A stretch of 63,881 bases of DNA, filler included, from Bipalium vagum (Eukaryota): the NCBI GenBank assembly GCA_037834085.1. It is 3 parts of 3 records of this genome, joined end to end, with 100 filler letters (N's around TTAATTAATTAA, not from the genome) between each part and the next. Parts side by side here need not be neighbours in the genome. Positions count along the whole stretch, not along the records: positions 30,354 to 47,706 come from JBBMKC010069970.1; positions 47,807 to 63,881 come from JBBMKC010128342.1; 1 more part is not named here. The stretch is one strand, 5' to 3'. The position numbers were made by a program, and so were the translations under genes. The first letter of the stretch is position 1; each line of letters opens with the position of its first letter. The notes under the pieces are model-generated. The model did no database searches. It had not been told where the DNA came from and saw only the letters and a program-made list of their open reading frames with translations. Below are positions 39,118-54,063 of the stretch, in pieces.

Positions 39118-41031
39118 GTATAATGCATAAATTTTTTCTGCATTTGGTATTTAAATTTTAATCTCAAGGTTGTTTTCTTTGTGCTTTTTAGACCACTTGA
39201 TATCATTAGTCTTTCTGAATTCAGAAAACGGAATAATAACGGTTCAAATTATAAAGACAATACATTTTTATATTTATCATCAGCTCATTAACAGAATCTG
39301 CGGTTATGAAAATATTTTTGTACACTGTTAATAATATCCTAACAACATTTAAGTGAACCCTCTCTTAGATCTTTTACAAAATGTATTATCATAATCGGAA
39401 TAGGTTTCTTTTCGTTTAAGGCATCTTTTCATTTTTATGATTTCCATTTTGTAATAATCAATTAGAAATATTTTTAAAGAAGGATCAATTACATAAATAT
39501 ATTTAAATATTGATTTCTCATAAAATGAATTCTTTTTTATTTCTCTTTTCAGAAAACCCTTAAAACCTGTAAAATGTTTTTTTTTAATAAAAAAATAATA
39601 AATTAATAAATCATTAAAATAATAATAATAAAATATAATTTTGACAAACATTTTAACTCCGTAATTGTTTGCCAATTGTTTTATCGACTTTTATCGAAAT
39701 TTCGCAATCATAAACATTGCAAAGTTGAGAGCGAAGTCGAACGTCAAATAAGAGTGGAAACAATCTTCAGTGAGCTCTAATCGATATTTATTGATTTACT
39801 AAACAAGTTAGGATTCAATGAAATTGGTTTTTTGATTATCGTCTTTTTATTTTACCTTTTCTTTTTCAGTTAATTCATTTATTACCATTTTTCATTGCAT
39901 CTTATCACTTTGTTTTTACTCGATTGGTTCAATGAAAAATACACGGCCTTATTAATTATGTGCACAAAATCCTTTGTAATTGATGACAATTATTGATCAT
40001 TATCTCTATCTATCTAGCTCTCGGTATTTAGCATAGTTTCATTTTATCAAGGCTCTTACAAAAATCTTACTATAAAAGGCTTTTTGTAGATTTTCTAGTC
40101 TATGTGATAAGCAATAAAAATATTAATAATTTTTGAAAAGTGCACTTCGTTAAAAAATTATGGATTTTATTTACTTTATTAAAATTTAATTTACATTATT
40201 AATTTAAATAAATACACTTAAAATTATTGATAATAATTAATAATAATTTTACTAATTAAATAAATTATAAAAATAATAATAAATATAAAAAGAATAACGA
40301 TACTAAAAAAAATAAATAAATAAATTGTGATTTGATTTTGTTAATAATTTTTTAATATCAAAACAATGATTATTGATTTACAATTTTAGTTGGAGTGAAA
40401 TATTTTCCATTTACTTTCTCAAAATTTTTGAAATCGATAATTTCCTTTGTTTTTTGTGTCCCCAAAATAAGATATCCTTTTCATTGACTGTTATTATTGA
40501 AATGAGTCTTCAAGTTCTTTAAAATTTTGATTAAGTTTAGAGAAGTCTTAATTTACATTTTAATTGGCTTTGGTAATCGATCGTACATTATAATTTTATT
40601 TCCATTTGCCACAAAGAAACTTCAAATACTCCCTTTGGCATTTGATTAATCTTGTCCCTTTAGTTTGTTGGAAAAATTGAAACATTCATTCAACATTAAG
40701 TATATCTCGTTTGATTTTTCATATATCCAAGTACATTAATTCAATTTTTAAAAATTTATTTCTCACTAAAATAGTCAGCTAATTTTTTAATATTGAAAAT
40801 GTAAATTTATGTTCTATCTGTTAGCTTTAGTAGCAGATATGGAAATAAATAACAGAAAACGTCTATTGCTTATTGACATCATTGACAAATATAATTCTTA
40901 TTAACATTCACCTATTTATAATCCATAACGAAGTATTTTTATTAATTTATTTTATTTCATCAACAGAATTTAAATAAATCACGGGAATCATATATTATTA
41001 TGATTTTAAATCTATTTATATTTTATACATA

Positions 41032-42530
41032 CGGTATGTGGACACTGAAGTAAATAATTTATGTGACGTAAATTATTGTGTTCACAAATTACACAATAAT
41101 TCTTGCAATTTTATAATCTGTTGCATAAAAATGGAAAACAAATGTGAAATTATGTTTCAAGTTAAAATTATTTAATTCGGCTTACTGCGTAAAAAATATA
41201 TTGTTTTAAGTCTAATATTATCGAGTTTTGTGTAAATAAAGAATCTAATACAATGTACTTAAACAGATTTTACTAAGTATATATATCTGTGACAAATTGA
41301 GTATATAATTAATCTCAGTAAGTAATATGGTAATAAATTTTAGAATTATTATTATTTTTTGATATCTGTGAAACGAAGAGCAAACTAATACCACAAGAAA
41401 TTCGCGATAAGATTGTATTTTTCTGAGAGAATAGAATGCCTTTGAGAAATATTGCAGAATAAACTAATCTTTGTTTCCACAATCAATTCCATCATAAGGA
41501 ATTATTCAAAAACTAGAACAACTGCAAACAACCCGGATCATGGGATAAAGCGGTGCACGTCAAAGAGACAAGATCGAGTCATTATGAAGAAATTTCTTAT
41601 TAATAGTCGTTGTCTGAAAAAAAATTAAAAGAAGAGTTATCGTCTGAATTAAAAATCAACATATGAATGAAGACTTTAAGAAGAAGGCAGGTTTAACAAG
41701 TAGAATAGCTAAACGGAAACCACTGATTAGTAATGTCAACTTAAAGATGAGATATTCCGAAATATCCCAAGTGGACATTATAATAATTGAAAGCAGTTCT
41801 GTGGTTCGTTAAGACAAGACTTAATTAATTTGGGTCTGACTGGATCATCAAAATAAAGAGGATAAATTGATACCACAATGCACTGGATCCACAGTGAATC
41901 ATGGAGGTACTTGTATTCCAGTTTTGGGATCAATTGTTGGGACTGAGACACGTAATTTTCAATTCATAGATGGCATTATGACAAAGAAAGTTAACAATAA
42001 TATTTTGGTCATGAATTTGCCTCAATCAGCTAGTAAGGTCGGACTCAGACTTCGATTTGTATTCCAGTAAGATAACGATCCGAAGCATAAAGCTGCAATT
42101 AACAAGATTAAAACATTAGATTGGCCTTCACAGTCACCTGATCTCAATATTATTGAGAATTTATAAGCAAATATTAAAGTTAGAATAGAAAAATAGGGAC
42201 CCAGAAAGGTTGAAAAAATTATTTTTTAAGGAAGAATGGTAGGTGTTATTCGGAACCATGGACGCAATACAAAATATTAAAACTATTTGTCTAAATTAAA
42301 TAAATGTCTTAATTTTTGATTGTTTTACGTTATTTTTATATAATTTACACATAAATTACTTTGTACTTCTAAAAAATTTAAATAAAATTTTACAAATTTA
42401 ATTGCAATATAACTTAAGACTCTGTACATTCAGATTAATATACAGTTGATTTAATCTTATTCATCGTTTGATCATAGGAGCATTTATAATATCTCGTTTA
42501 CCAGTTACTTACTGCATTGGCCACATACTG
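41032..42530 (+). mobile_element. Tc1-like (DD34E) transposon, decayed, both ends
   Basis: Termini CGGTATGTGGACACTGAAGTAAATAA / TTACTTACTGCATTGGCCACATACTG. Remnants [43 protein letters not shown]. Confidence 0.88.
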
Positions 42531-42684
42531 AATATATATATTTGAAAATTAAAATATAAATTTTCACATATATTCTTTTAATAGTATTAATATTATATTA
42601 ATAAATGTACTACTTGATATAAATATAATTTTAAATTTAAAAATTCCCAAGGTCTGATTAGCCTAATACTAATAAGAATAATGT

Positions 42685-42686
<2 letters not shown>

Positions 42687-42751
<65 letters not shown>

Positions 42752-42752
42752 T
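42687..42752. repeat. (AAT)n microsatellite
   Basis: Perfect AAT run. Confidence 0.95.
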
Positions 42753-45700
42753 GATAAAATTATTAATGAACCAAAATTTTGAGGGAGTATAACAATTTTC
42801 TATTATGAATGACTTTAGGATTATTGATCTGATTTATGAAATTTCGTTGCTGATTTTTATTCGAAATGTCAAAAAGAGCAAATTAGATTATTCAAACTAA
42901 AAAGATGGAAATAAAATCAATATTTCTTTGGTGTTCAACAAAAATCAAACAGATTATTTAATCAAATTCTGATTATTCACAGAAATGGGTTTCCGTGTTA
43001 AAATTTCATTAAATTCAAACATTAACTTGATATAAGCATTTGGTTTCTAAACGAAAATTGCTTATTGTTCATTTTAGCTTCCGGTTTTTGTAAATGTAGT
43101 TAATTAAAATGATCTAAGATTATAAATGGACTAGAACAACTTTTCATTCAATGACTATTAAGGACTTTTCCTAGACTTGACATACTGCAAGTTTTTAATT
43201 AGACTGACGGTTGCATATGTGTCTGTGGAAACTGTCCAGTAATGCTAAATGGTACATGCCAATTATTTTCTTTTCCAACATATCACCCTTATTAATAATT
43301 ATTTACAGATATTTTAAAATTGACCAATTATAATTCAATTCTTGGACCTTTTTCAGAATGTTCACCAGTAATATATTATTGATTAGAAAATAACTATTTT
43401 TCTCTTTAATATTTCAGAAACCAGATAGAATCAAACATGATCCGAACTGTTTTGTTTCATTGATTTTATAATAAATTTTAACCAATTTTAAGGTTTTTAG
43501 AATCTCAACTTTTTATGGACGCATTTAAAATATTTCGTTCATCACAAATAATAAAAATTAATTTTGTTTCTCTTTTTTTATTTCTCTATCTCTCCAATTT
43601 AGATGAATATTGGTTAGGAAATTCGCATAAGATTTGATTTCGATGGTTTTAAACTTTTGAGAAATATAAATGGAGATACTCATTTTAAATATAGTAAAAT
43701 TTTGTCTTAAGAGAGAAAAAAAAATTTTCGTATCACTATTTACTATGAACTAACGTGTACTAAAATAATCTGAATCATTAATATCAGATTTTCTTAATCA
43801 ATGATGCATATTGAATTATCCAATTAATCTTTTGTACTGTCTATCTTAAGCGAGACTATTGATTAAAAATATAATTCATAATTTTCGGTTGTAAGAATAA
43901 GTGCAGTATTTAAATTCTATGCTTGGAAAGGATAAGCAATATGGGTAGTTTTAGTAAATGTCGAGATAAAATAAACAAAAATTACAATCGCTGAAAATAT
44001 GATAAGTATAATAAAACACAATTTCCATCTTATCCCTTGAGTCTTCATCTCTTTTCATCTTGTTTTTTAAAAAGAAATCTGCAAAACGATAATCAATAAT
44101 TATACTGAATTTAAAAAGTAGGCAGTACAGAGAAATAAGTATATTTAACTCCGAAAGAAACTCTGAATCGACTCGTAATTCCTTCAGTCTTTAAATATTA
44201 ATTCATTTATTATTAGATTTTCTTTCTCTGGTTTCACAACGAAGCATGAAATGAAAACTGAGTGATATAGAAATTAAATTGCTTCTTGTACCATGTAATT
44301 TGATAAGCTGTAATTTCTGAGCTTGTCTTAAGTTTGGCAAAAAATGTTGATATCACAAGGAAATTTATGTTATCTGAAAATTGTCACGTGTAAAAATTCA
44401 ATTTTCTCAATTATTTTTCAACCAGCATCTTCCCTTCATCATAATTTGATTTTTCAAAAACGAAAATCAACGAAAAGAATTCTTCAACCATGAAAATACA
44501 ATCCCTTCCGATATATTTTGAAGGAATTTATTTAGTAACGAGAGTTATTGGGAATTTTTAAAATATTCATAATCAATGAATAAAAACATTAAATTATAAA
44601 TAAAAATAATTTAATAAAGATTTTTTCTATTATTAAATGATTTAAAACTGAATTTATCGATTGTGATAAGATTAGCAGTGGGAATAAGGCGATAAAGTTG
44701 ATTAATGAATTGATCGATGTGATGGAAAATAAAGAATTTTTTTTCACTGTGATGTCTCATTTAATGGGTCAAAGATACTTAGAGATTTTTTATCAATACC
44801 AATGACAACTGTTGTGTTTTGGTTTCAATTAATTTTAATCATTCCGAAAAAAAATCCGAAAATGGGTGAGAAATCTTTACGTTCTCTGTGAATCTGAAAA
44901 ACATTTTATTTAAGAAATTATAACACTTGGGTGACAATTGTCAATTTTAATGAGAATAAATGTCGGTTGTGATCAATTTAAGTAAAAAAAGTCGAAAATG
45001 CTATAATGAATAATTGGAAGATCGCTACAATGATGTTTACATAAAAGAAACAAATTGATCAATTCAAATTTAAGTATTACATTTTGAAAAATCATAGTTG
45101 TATTGATTATTGACAAGATATACAGTAGATCAATGGACAATAGCATCTAAAGAGATTTCGAAATAGAAATAGGTCTTTGAAATCAAGGCTATGGATGCAT
45201 TTTATTGTATAAAATTTATTTAAAAACCTGATCCTCCGTCTTCAACTACGTAATCTAAGTAACGAGTATATGCTTTCTTTCATTTTACTAAAATAATTAA
45301 AATATGATCATAAAAAAATCATTTTTTTGAAAAATATTAATTAATTTTTGGCTTACAAGTTAAAATCAAAATTATTGATTTAAACAGTTGGTCTTGTGTA
45401 CCAATCGATATTTTGTTATCGATATAGGGAATTTTTAATCTTATAAATGAAAATAGTTTAGCCCGGTCGTTCTTAAGCATTTCCTCTAGCCAATGTTGCA
45501 TAATAGATTTATAGAGGTGATATTTGTGTAATATCAAAATTTAATATTTAAACATTATATAAACAATCAATATTTCTGGTTTAAAATTTTAATTAATAAT
45601 AAATATTGAAACTGCCTCTAAATTGGCAGAATGAATTTTCTTGTTAGTATAACGTTTATGTGATATATTAATCTTTTGGTGATCAGTACATGTGACAAAC

Positions 45701-47706
45701 ACCAGTCTAAAATTATCAATCTTTTGAAGACCCATGTTCCGGAAGACTTAATATCATATTAACTGATAATGATAATAACGAAGAAATGAAAAATCTGTTT
45801 TACGATGCAGTGTTATACGACTGATAAGTAGAGTGAATATGCTTAATATCAATTGTATCAATTTAGATATCAATAAATTTGTGGCATCAAATTGACATTT
45901 TTAAATTTCTTTTAAAGAAGTTGCGCCTTATAATCTCTAAAGAATCTCTTTCTGTGAATATATCTTTTCTTAAAATATTATTCTTGCCAATTAGAAAACA
46001 TCAACAATCAAGGGAATAGTACCATCAGAAATATTGAGAACTTATTCCTTGAAAGAATAATATTGGATTCTTCATGGGTATATCAGTACCAAGTAGAAAC
46101 AATTGGACAAAAAAATGAATCGTGTACAAAATAAGAATGGAAACCAAAGAGAGTTCGTCAAATCCATTCCAAATCAAGATCATGTTAGCCGTTTTTTGCC
46201 ATTGTCGTTGTCTAGTCCAATAAGATTTTTTCCGGTCATCAAAAATGACTGGATTTATGGGGATAAACAAACCGTGAATTTGGAACCCCAATAATGTACC
46301 ATCTCATACTGCATTTATTATTATTCTTTTTTAATCAAACATCAAACCAAAACAATTTCTCAAGCACCATTTGCATCTAATACGGTTCCCTACTACTTCC
46401 TCCTTTTTCCTCGGTTGAATTCAACACTTTGGGGCTACTGTTTTGATTCATCAGAATGGACTCAAGAAAATGATGACTTAAACGTGTGATAAGGTGACTG
46501 GGGGCTATTGTGAAGGAGACACCATAAATTTTAATAATTAAATAAATATTTGGAAATTCAGGAAACCTTTGAACAGAGTCCTAACAGAAAAAATAGTTTG
46601 TGTCATTTAAAACAAATATTTTTTTTCAATAGAAAAAGGAAGATTTTCATAAATATAGAAGCAGAAAATACGGAATATAAATATGGAAGTTACAGAAATT
46701 TCTTATTTATTGATTTTTGTTACTTTTCTAAATAATCGATAATGGAAAATGAAAGAATAATGTTAGCGCACTGGAATATTGATTTTGCGTTCATGAAGCG
46801 TGAACATTTCATGGAATTAAATCAATCGGAAAATGGGTTAATTATTCCATGGTTGACAAGGGCACTGTATCACTACAAAATCGAACAAAGACATTGGCTA
46901 GTGTACGTTAAAAAGGACTTTTGGGATATATACACATATATTCCTTTAGCTCTACATATATTGAAAAATGAATAGTCGGTCATTGAAAACATGAACATTT
47001 AATATTTTCTGAATCTCCATTACATTCTGTTATATTTTAATTGATCAGATCAATATAAATTAGTTTGTTTTCGAACTACAGGAATGATCGGTTCTTTTAA
47101 CTAAAATTAGGTAGTCCTAGTGTATCGGAAGAATAGTTGTGTTCATTTTAGACCGATACGAACTGCTATTCATTATGAGAGTTCTTTGGGAAAGTATAAA
47201 ACTATTATTTTCTGTAACTCAGTGAACTTGCAATTGGAATGATGATTAATCTTAGAAAACATGTTGCCATGGCTACGAATTTTTATTTTCAATTATCGAT
47301 AGAGTACTGAAATCAAAGCAGAAAATAAATGTCAAACTATAATCGACGATAACTCATTAAAAGCATCCATTCAGAAAAATCCTTAATAGATTGAATGAAT
47401 TCAGTTCCAGTCAAGTGATAAAAATCACGGAAAAAAACCTGGTAACATTTTCTCAAAAGGAAAAGAATTTCTGAATGATGAAAATTCTAAGAATATTTTC
47501 CATTTCATCATTAAAAATTACCCATTGATGGTTTCATTTATCGTGAATTTTGTATAGCGGTTCGAAAATTTAACGTAATATGATTCAATATGAATAAGAA
47601 TGAAATAATAAAAAAATGTTCGGAAATATTATGGAAATTGAACAATCTAGATAATAGTCAATGTTAAATAATAATAATAATAATAATAATATTAATATTA
47701 ATAATA

Positions 47707-47806
47707 NNNNNNNNNNNNNNNNNNNNNNNNNNNNNNNNNNNNNNNNNNNNTTAATTAATTAANNNNNNNNNNNNNNNNNNNNNNNNNNNNNNNNNNNNNN
47801 NNNNNN
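47707..47806. other. assembly gap with artificial six-frame-stop linker, flanked by (AAT)n
   Basis: N44-TTAATTAATTAA-N44, with AAT runs on both sides (to ~47877). Confidence 0.97.
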
Positions 47807-47877
<71 letters not shown>

Positions 47878-48138
47878 GGTTTTGCTATAATCTGATAGAA
47901 TTTCAAAAGGTAAATGATTCAATCAACCGCGTGCCATATATGTATATATTCTTATATAAACTAATAATTGCAAATATTAGAATATTTTGGATAAATTGAT
48001 CAAATAACAAAAAGATTCCATAAACTTCCCAGATCACAAAAATAATATCTATTGACAGACGAAGAAAAGAAGAACGAGAATGTCGTAAACTGACCTGGTC
48101 ATGCCAACGATATCTATTTATAACTGTATTCATTAACT

Positions 48139-48762
48139 CTATTTATTCTGTTTTTGCTTTTGCTGGTGTAAGAAGCTATGAAATTTGTGAGGCGTCGTGC
48201 TGGCACTAGATTCACAAATACATGATTCTCCTTCTTCTACATTGGAACGATCTCCGATATAGATCTTACTTTCCGTTTGTGATGGACACGAAAATTCACA
48301 GTCCTCACTTCTGGCTGTTACGATCGGAGCCAGACCCAAATGGACATTGAAATTTGGCGCCGTATCAGGAGTTACATCACCAAAAACAGGACTCGTATCA
48401 TTGGAAACACATCTCAATTGAGTTTCACAGTTCAATTTAGCTTCTTTTTGTGCTGCAAGTAGCTCTGAGGATGTAATGTTCTGTACAATAAATGTTCTGT
48501 TGAAAACATGCCATTTCCGACAAAGCGACACGTACATACAGCATTGTACATACATGAAAACCACGCCACCAATGAAACCGATCGCTACAACAATCAGCTT
48601 CGTCCATAAAGGCCACTCCATAATGCCATTGTGGATTTCTTCCGTCGTGCGTTCAATGAGAACATAAAGAGACCATATGACACAAGTTAAGGCAATAATG
48701 TGAAATGTTACAGAGCATATTATTTTGCGTTTTTCCATGACCGTCATTTCCAACTTTTGCCA
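48139..48762 (-). CDS. MARCHF8: MARCH1/8-like E3 ubiquitin ligase, last coding exon (two TM helices and C-tail)
   Basis: Acceptor ttttacag|[68 protein letters not shown] closely matches MARCH8/MARCH1; stop at 48139-48141. Confidence 0.93.
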   Translation of the reverse strand, partial: WQKLEMTVMEKRKIICSVTFHIIALTCVIWSLYVLIERTTEEIHNGIMEWPLWTKLIVVAIGFIGGVVFMYVQCCMYVSLCRKWHVFNRTFIVQNITSSELLAAQKEAKLNCETQLRCVSNDTSPVFGDVTPDTAPNFNVHLGLAPIVTARSEDCEFSCPSQTESKIYIGDRSNVEEGESCICESSASTTPHKFHSFLHQQKQKQNK

Positions 48763-51700
48763 CTGTAAAATAAGACTTTGAATGAATTAAAATTATGAGA
48801 ATGTCATTTATTATTCCAGTAAAATTATGGAAATAAATTTTCAAAAAACATCCCGTAAGTTACAGGTATCAGATAGGCAGATTTTACATAAATACAATTT
48901 AAGAATCTGAGCTAAGAACTCTTTCTTAGTTTAATGAGCGGTGTTCCATGGGAAAGGTTAAAAAGACAAAAACATAACAAGATAATAAAATCTAAAACTA
49001 ACAGATACCACCACATCCTCGTTTATATTTAACATCAACTTTTCAAATGGAACACACCGTGTAGCTTCATAAATTTGTTGAAAATGAACTGTAACGTTGT
49101 CTTACAAAAAACCAATTGTTTAAATAAAAAAAATGATACAAGAAAATGGCCAAATGAATAATTTTTTAAAATGCATCTGGTGTCAGTTTTTATTTTGATT
49201 ATAAAAACCAGTTCAGATAAAATCAAAGAAATATTAAGTAATATTAATAATTATTATTTATTGGTTTTTCCAGCTTCAGAGAACTATTTGATTTTATTAT
49301 TCGCTCTACAACGAAAGATGAAAATTAAAGTACTCATTTGATGAGAGTTGAAAGAGTGATAAAAATTTTTTCCTGCAATTACCGAATTTTATTGTTATAG
49401 GATAAGAAAGAATATTGATATTAGTGAAAATTTTGAATCAATCTAATAACAAAAGCTATTATTTCGAGAAGATTTTTCATCAAAAAAGGATGTAAATTAC
49501 CTACACAAAGTCAATTTAATAATAATCTAATGCTAACTCTAATACAATTTTAAAAGGACACTTTGAGGCAATGCCATCGATAGTCTAAATAATATTTACT
49601 GGAAATAGATTTCTTTTACTTTTTCGAATAAATTAGGTCTCATTTATTATTAATTATAGTCTATTTTTAATACCTGAAAATATAATCTTCATTTCGCTAA
49701 TCTAAATATTATGTTTATTCGTCTCTGCGTGTTCATATTAATATTGTTACAAGGAACAAATATAAATTGATAATGAAAGTTGTTTTATTAGATTGTCGAA
49801 AATTTATTATTACATCTATTAATATTAATTTCATAGTTATTAATTTTATAAAATTCAAATCAGTGTATATTTTTTTATTTTTATCCTCATTCTTTACTCC
49901 AAAAATGGATAATTAAATCTTTACTTTTGCTTTTCGTTGCCGGAGAATTCAACTAATTTAGAAAATTTGTTCTACAGGAATTTTAGACATCTTGACTAAC
50001 ATATTATCCAATTATTTTGAGTGTTAAAGGTATTCTTGATCTCCGTCTATATGTGATGTCATTATATAATTTGTAAGAGAATATTTTTAATATATTATAT
50101 ATTTCCATAAAATATAAAAATTTATTTTTCCTTATTTTCACAAATTTTTTCAGAATTGAAAATCGTTCCAGATTAACAAACCAAAATTCATGTTGAAAAA
50201 TTCACAGATTTCTTGTTAGAAATTTAATTTATGAAGGTCTTTTAATATAAAATAAGCTTCATTAGGGCATTAAAAAATAAAAATGGAACAAATATGTAAT
50301 GGTGTCAAAAGTAGAATTAAAAATAGTAAAATAAATAGATTAACAATATTCTGTAGCGTATATGCTATGTGAATTACGTAGTGTAAGACTCGGTCATGGT
50401 AATATGAATAGGCAGCGAACTTAATATTGGTCTAATTTTTAGATTTCAAATACGTTTTCCTTGTTAACGTTTTTTAAAAAAAATCAAATTATTCTTGTTA
50501 ATTTAAACCTTTAACCAGTGTTTCACAACAATTATTTCCATACACATCTATCCTGTTTTTCAAAGCAATTATAATAGAGTTCTAAAAAAATATTTATTTA
50601 TTTTTATTATCAATATTTTTATGTTTTGAATATACTTCAGCAACATTATTTAGACTTTTAAGAACTATTTTTAATAATTCTTTTTTTTGTCAGAAAAATT
50701 TAATGTTATCGCGAGTATATCAATATAAAGACGAAAAATGAAAGTATTTTTTAGATCTGAAGTGAAAATAATAAAAAGTATAATCATAACAAAAATTTTT
50801 ATTTATGATTTCAATAATTTACCTTTTATTTAATTTTTCTAAAAAGAATTTTAATCTATCAAATTTTTCTTTCAAATGTTGTTATAAGGACATAACGAGT
50901 TCTCTTAATTTTACGTGGAAATTGTTTATGTTATTGAAAACCATAAAACAGAAAACTAAAAAACATTAAACGAAACATTTCTCTTAAATAAACTATAATG
51001 ATAATTAATCTCACAGGTGCCAAGAAATAACTTGAAGAAAAATGTTCAACATAGTAAAAATACAATTAATATTATGGAAAAGTAAATTAAAGTTAACACA
51101 AAAATAAGACATTCAATACAAAACATGACCTACGATCAGAACCTTTGGTGTCATATTTGTGAATCTAAGCGTGTTATAGATATGGTTCAGAGAGGTATTG
51201 ACTAACTTTTACTTGACCGTGAAGTAGTTAGTGTATTATTAGCTTTGATATTTTTTGTGATTTTTTTCTTGAGTTGATGTTTAATAAATTTTAGTATTGT
51301 TAGATATATTATTTGATTTTTCTCATAAAGTTATTGTAGAACCTAATTTGGGTGAATTTAAATTACTTAATTTTAAATTGATTTATTATTAATAGAAAAA
51401 TAATATAATGATTTTTATCATATTAGAGAAATAGATTTTTGACAACTGATTTTTCTTTCACCAAATCGAATTTGGAATGTAAAATTTTTATTTTTAAAAT
51501 AATAAATTAAAGCATTTTCATATATAGAAAAAAAATGAAATCGTAAATAATTACAACACATTTTTAATCAATAAAAATATTTAATGAAAATTAAAAATTA
51601 ATACAATTTTACTTCATAGGCCATATTTTTAATTAGTGTGAATTATAAATTTTAATGACAAAGGTTGTACTACAAGGAGAAAATAATTAAATATATAATG

Positions 51701-52570
51701 AAATGTAAAATTAAATATTAATTAAATTTCTTATTTATATCATCATCGATCTAATTTCTTTTCTCATTTCATAAAAATATACTCTAATAAAACTAATTTA
51801 CAAAACACACAAAAAATCAAAGTAAGCTGTTAATTATCAATTAATAACTAATTAAATTACGTTTTATTAGATAAAAAAAATTATTAATAAATTTCATTAC
51901 TAAAAAATATTTAAAAAATAACTTATTACTTAATATCAATATTAAATAACTTAATCAAGATTTATATTTTTATATAAATCTGTAATAATAGGGTGCACGT
52001 GTAATTAATTATAGATTCTTAAATCGGTGATTTAATTTCAATGAGTATAGGAAGTTCAGTAGCTATTGATTATGTGGGTAATTTAAATAAGACTTACATC
52101 TTAAAATTTCTTTTTTGTTGCAGTTACTCCAGGATAGATCTATTTTTAATGTTTTATTTATTATTTTTCATTCGTTATAAAACTCAAAATATCTCATCAT
52201 CCAATATTCAGAATCTTTTACAAAACCGAAAATTAATTTATTTTATCTTTTAAAATTATAAGTGAATTTTGTGATTGACATTCAGAACAATTCTATGAAT
52301 TCAAATAACAAAAATTAATTAAATTTATTATTATAACAATAATAAAAATAAGTCGAAATCACAAGAACAATGTCACCTGTGTGTAATAAATTAAAATCAT
52401 AATTCGTAAAGGAGAAAGTAATTATAGAATACAAATAATATATTAAGTAAAAAAGAAATAAATATTTTAAAAATATTAAATAAAATGAATTATGAAGTTG
52501 AAGAAAAATAAATAATTATTTTTAAAAATTCTAAATATCAGAAATGTCTATAGTATAGCATTTCTATATA

Positions 52571-53866
52571 CACGATGCGATACAAAAATAACGAAACTGA
52601 GGTTGTAAGTTTTATTTAATCACAAAGTATGTACAACTATTTATGGTCTCCTTCAAAATATGATCCATCACAATTCACACACATCTGCAAACGCTCCTTC
52701 CACAATTCAAAACAATGATGCAAGTCGCCAATCGTCAGGTGGCGTAATAGCTCCGTCGTCCTAGTCTGCACTTCTTCAATGCACACCTTTAAGAGCCGAT
52801 TTTATTTTTAGGAATAGAAAAAAAACGCAAGGTGCTAAATCAGGAGAGTATGGAGGATGTTCAAGTTCAGTTATATTTTTGCTGCTCAAATAAAGCTTGA
52901 CTGATAACGCTTTGTGGGGAGGAGCGTTGTCATGGATCAAAATCCACAAGTTTTTCCACAACACAGGACGCTTCCTTCTGACATTGTCACGCAATCCTTT
53001 CAAAATTTCTTTATAATAATGTTGGTTAACGGTCTGACCCCTGGGAATCCATTCGGTCATAATGATACCTTGGATATCAAAGAAAACAATAAGCATTATC
53101 TTGAACGTGGAATGAGTCATGAGTGCTTTTTTCATTCTTGGCGATGATGGTGATTTCCAATGCATAGATTGACGTTTAGTTTCTGGATCAGACTGAAATA
53201 TCCCCGTGTCATCACCCGTAATAATGTTATTTAAAAAAACTATTATCTTCATCAATTCGTTCCAAGATATCAGAACAAACATTGGCTCTGTTTTGCCTTT
53301 ATTCGTATGACAAGACAAATTTTACACAAACACTCTTCATGCCTAAGGCCTGTGTTAAAATGCATCGAACACCTTCTCTGTTCATATTTAGCAATTCTGC
53401 AAGATGACGAACACCAATTTTACGATCCATCCTGATTGCGTCTCCAACTTTTGCAATGTTGTCGTCATTGAATGATGTGCATGGTCGGCCCGGACGGTCG
53501 TCATCATCCACCGATGCCCTGCCTTCTGAAAGTCTTTTGAGCCATTCAAAGACACGTGTGCGAGATTAACAATCCTTGCCGCAAGGTTCTGACATTTCGT
53601 ACGTCTCACTTGCTGATTTCTTAATTTTATCAAGAAATTTGATATTGACGCGTTGTTCGTTTTTTATATTCGACATTTTTCGACTAAACATAAAAATATA
53701 CCTAATTTAAAACAGATTTAAATATCGACAAACTTTATTAATTAAATTAAAACTTCTTGAAACGATAAAACAAAGATGAATGTATAATATAATTTTTATT
53801 CGAATAAAAACTAAGAGTTGTCATTTCTTTATTTAAGTAGTTTCGTTATTTTTGTGTCACACCATG
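52571..53866 (-). mobile_element. full-length (1296 bp) irritans-type mariner in the MARCH intron, frameshifted
   Basis: TIRs CACGATGCGATACAAAAATAACGAAAC / GTTTCGTTATTTTTGTGTCACACCATG, TA flanks. EQRVNIKFL...DDDRPGRP...IITGDDT..QSDPETKRQSMHWK...IHDNAPPH...HPPYSPDLAPC. Confidence 0.95.
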
Positions 53867-54063
53867 TATATCATTAAGATGTAAATTTAAATTAAAGCTA
53901 AAAAGAATTTAAGAAAAAATAATTAAAGTTATGGTTTAATTTGATCGATATTTCCAATCATAAAATTCTTTTTTTTTCAGAAACAGTTCAACAGTTTCTC
54001 TCCTCATCATTTTGACAATTAATTAAAAAATTACAAATATTAAAAAAGATAATTAAATAATAC

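Noticed and set aside
39349-39675. Minus-strand ORF MEIIKMKRCLKRKETYSDYDNTFCKRSKR as an antisense gene start
   Set aside because: Available donor/acceptor combinations run into stops and no family was recognised.
46230-46294. GGTCAT...GACTGGATTTAT as the missing DCAF12 GH.DWIF exon
   Set aside because: Out of frame, no acceptor, and the downstream residues do not match the WD repeat.
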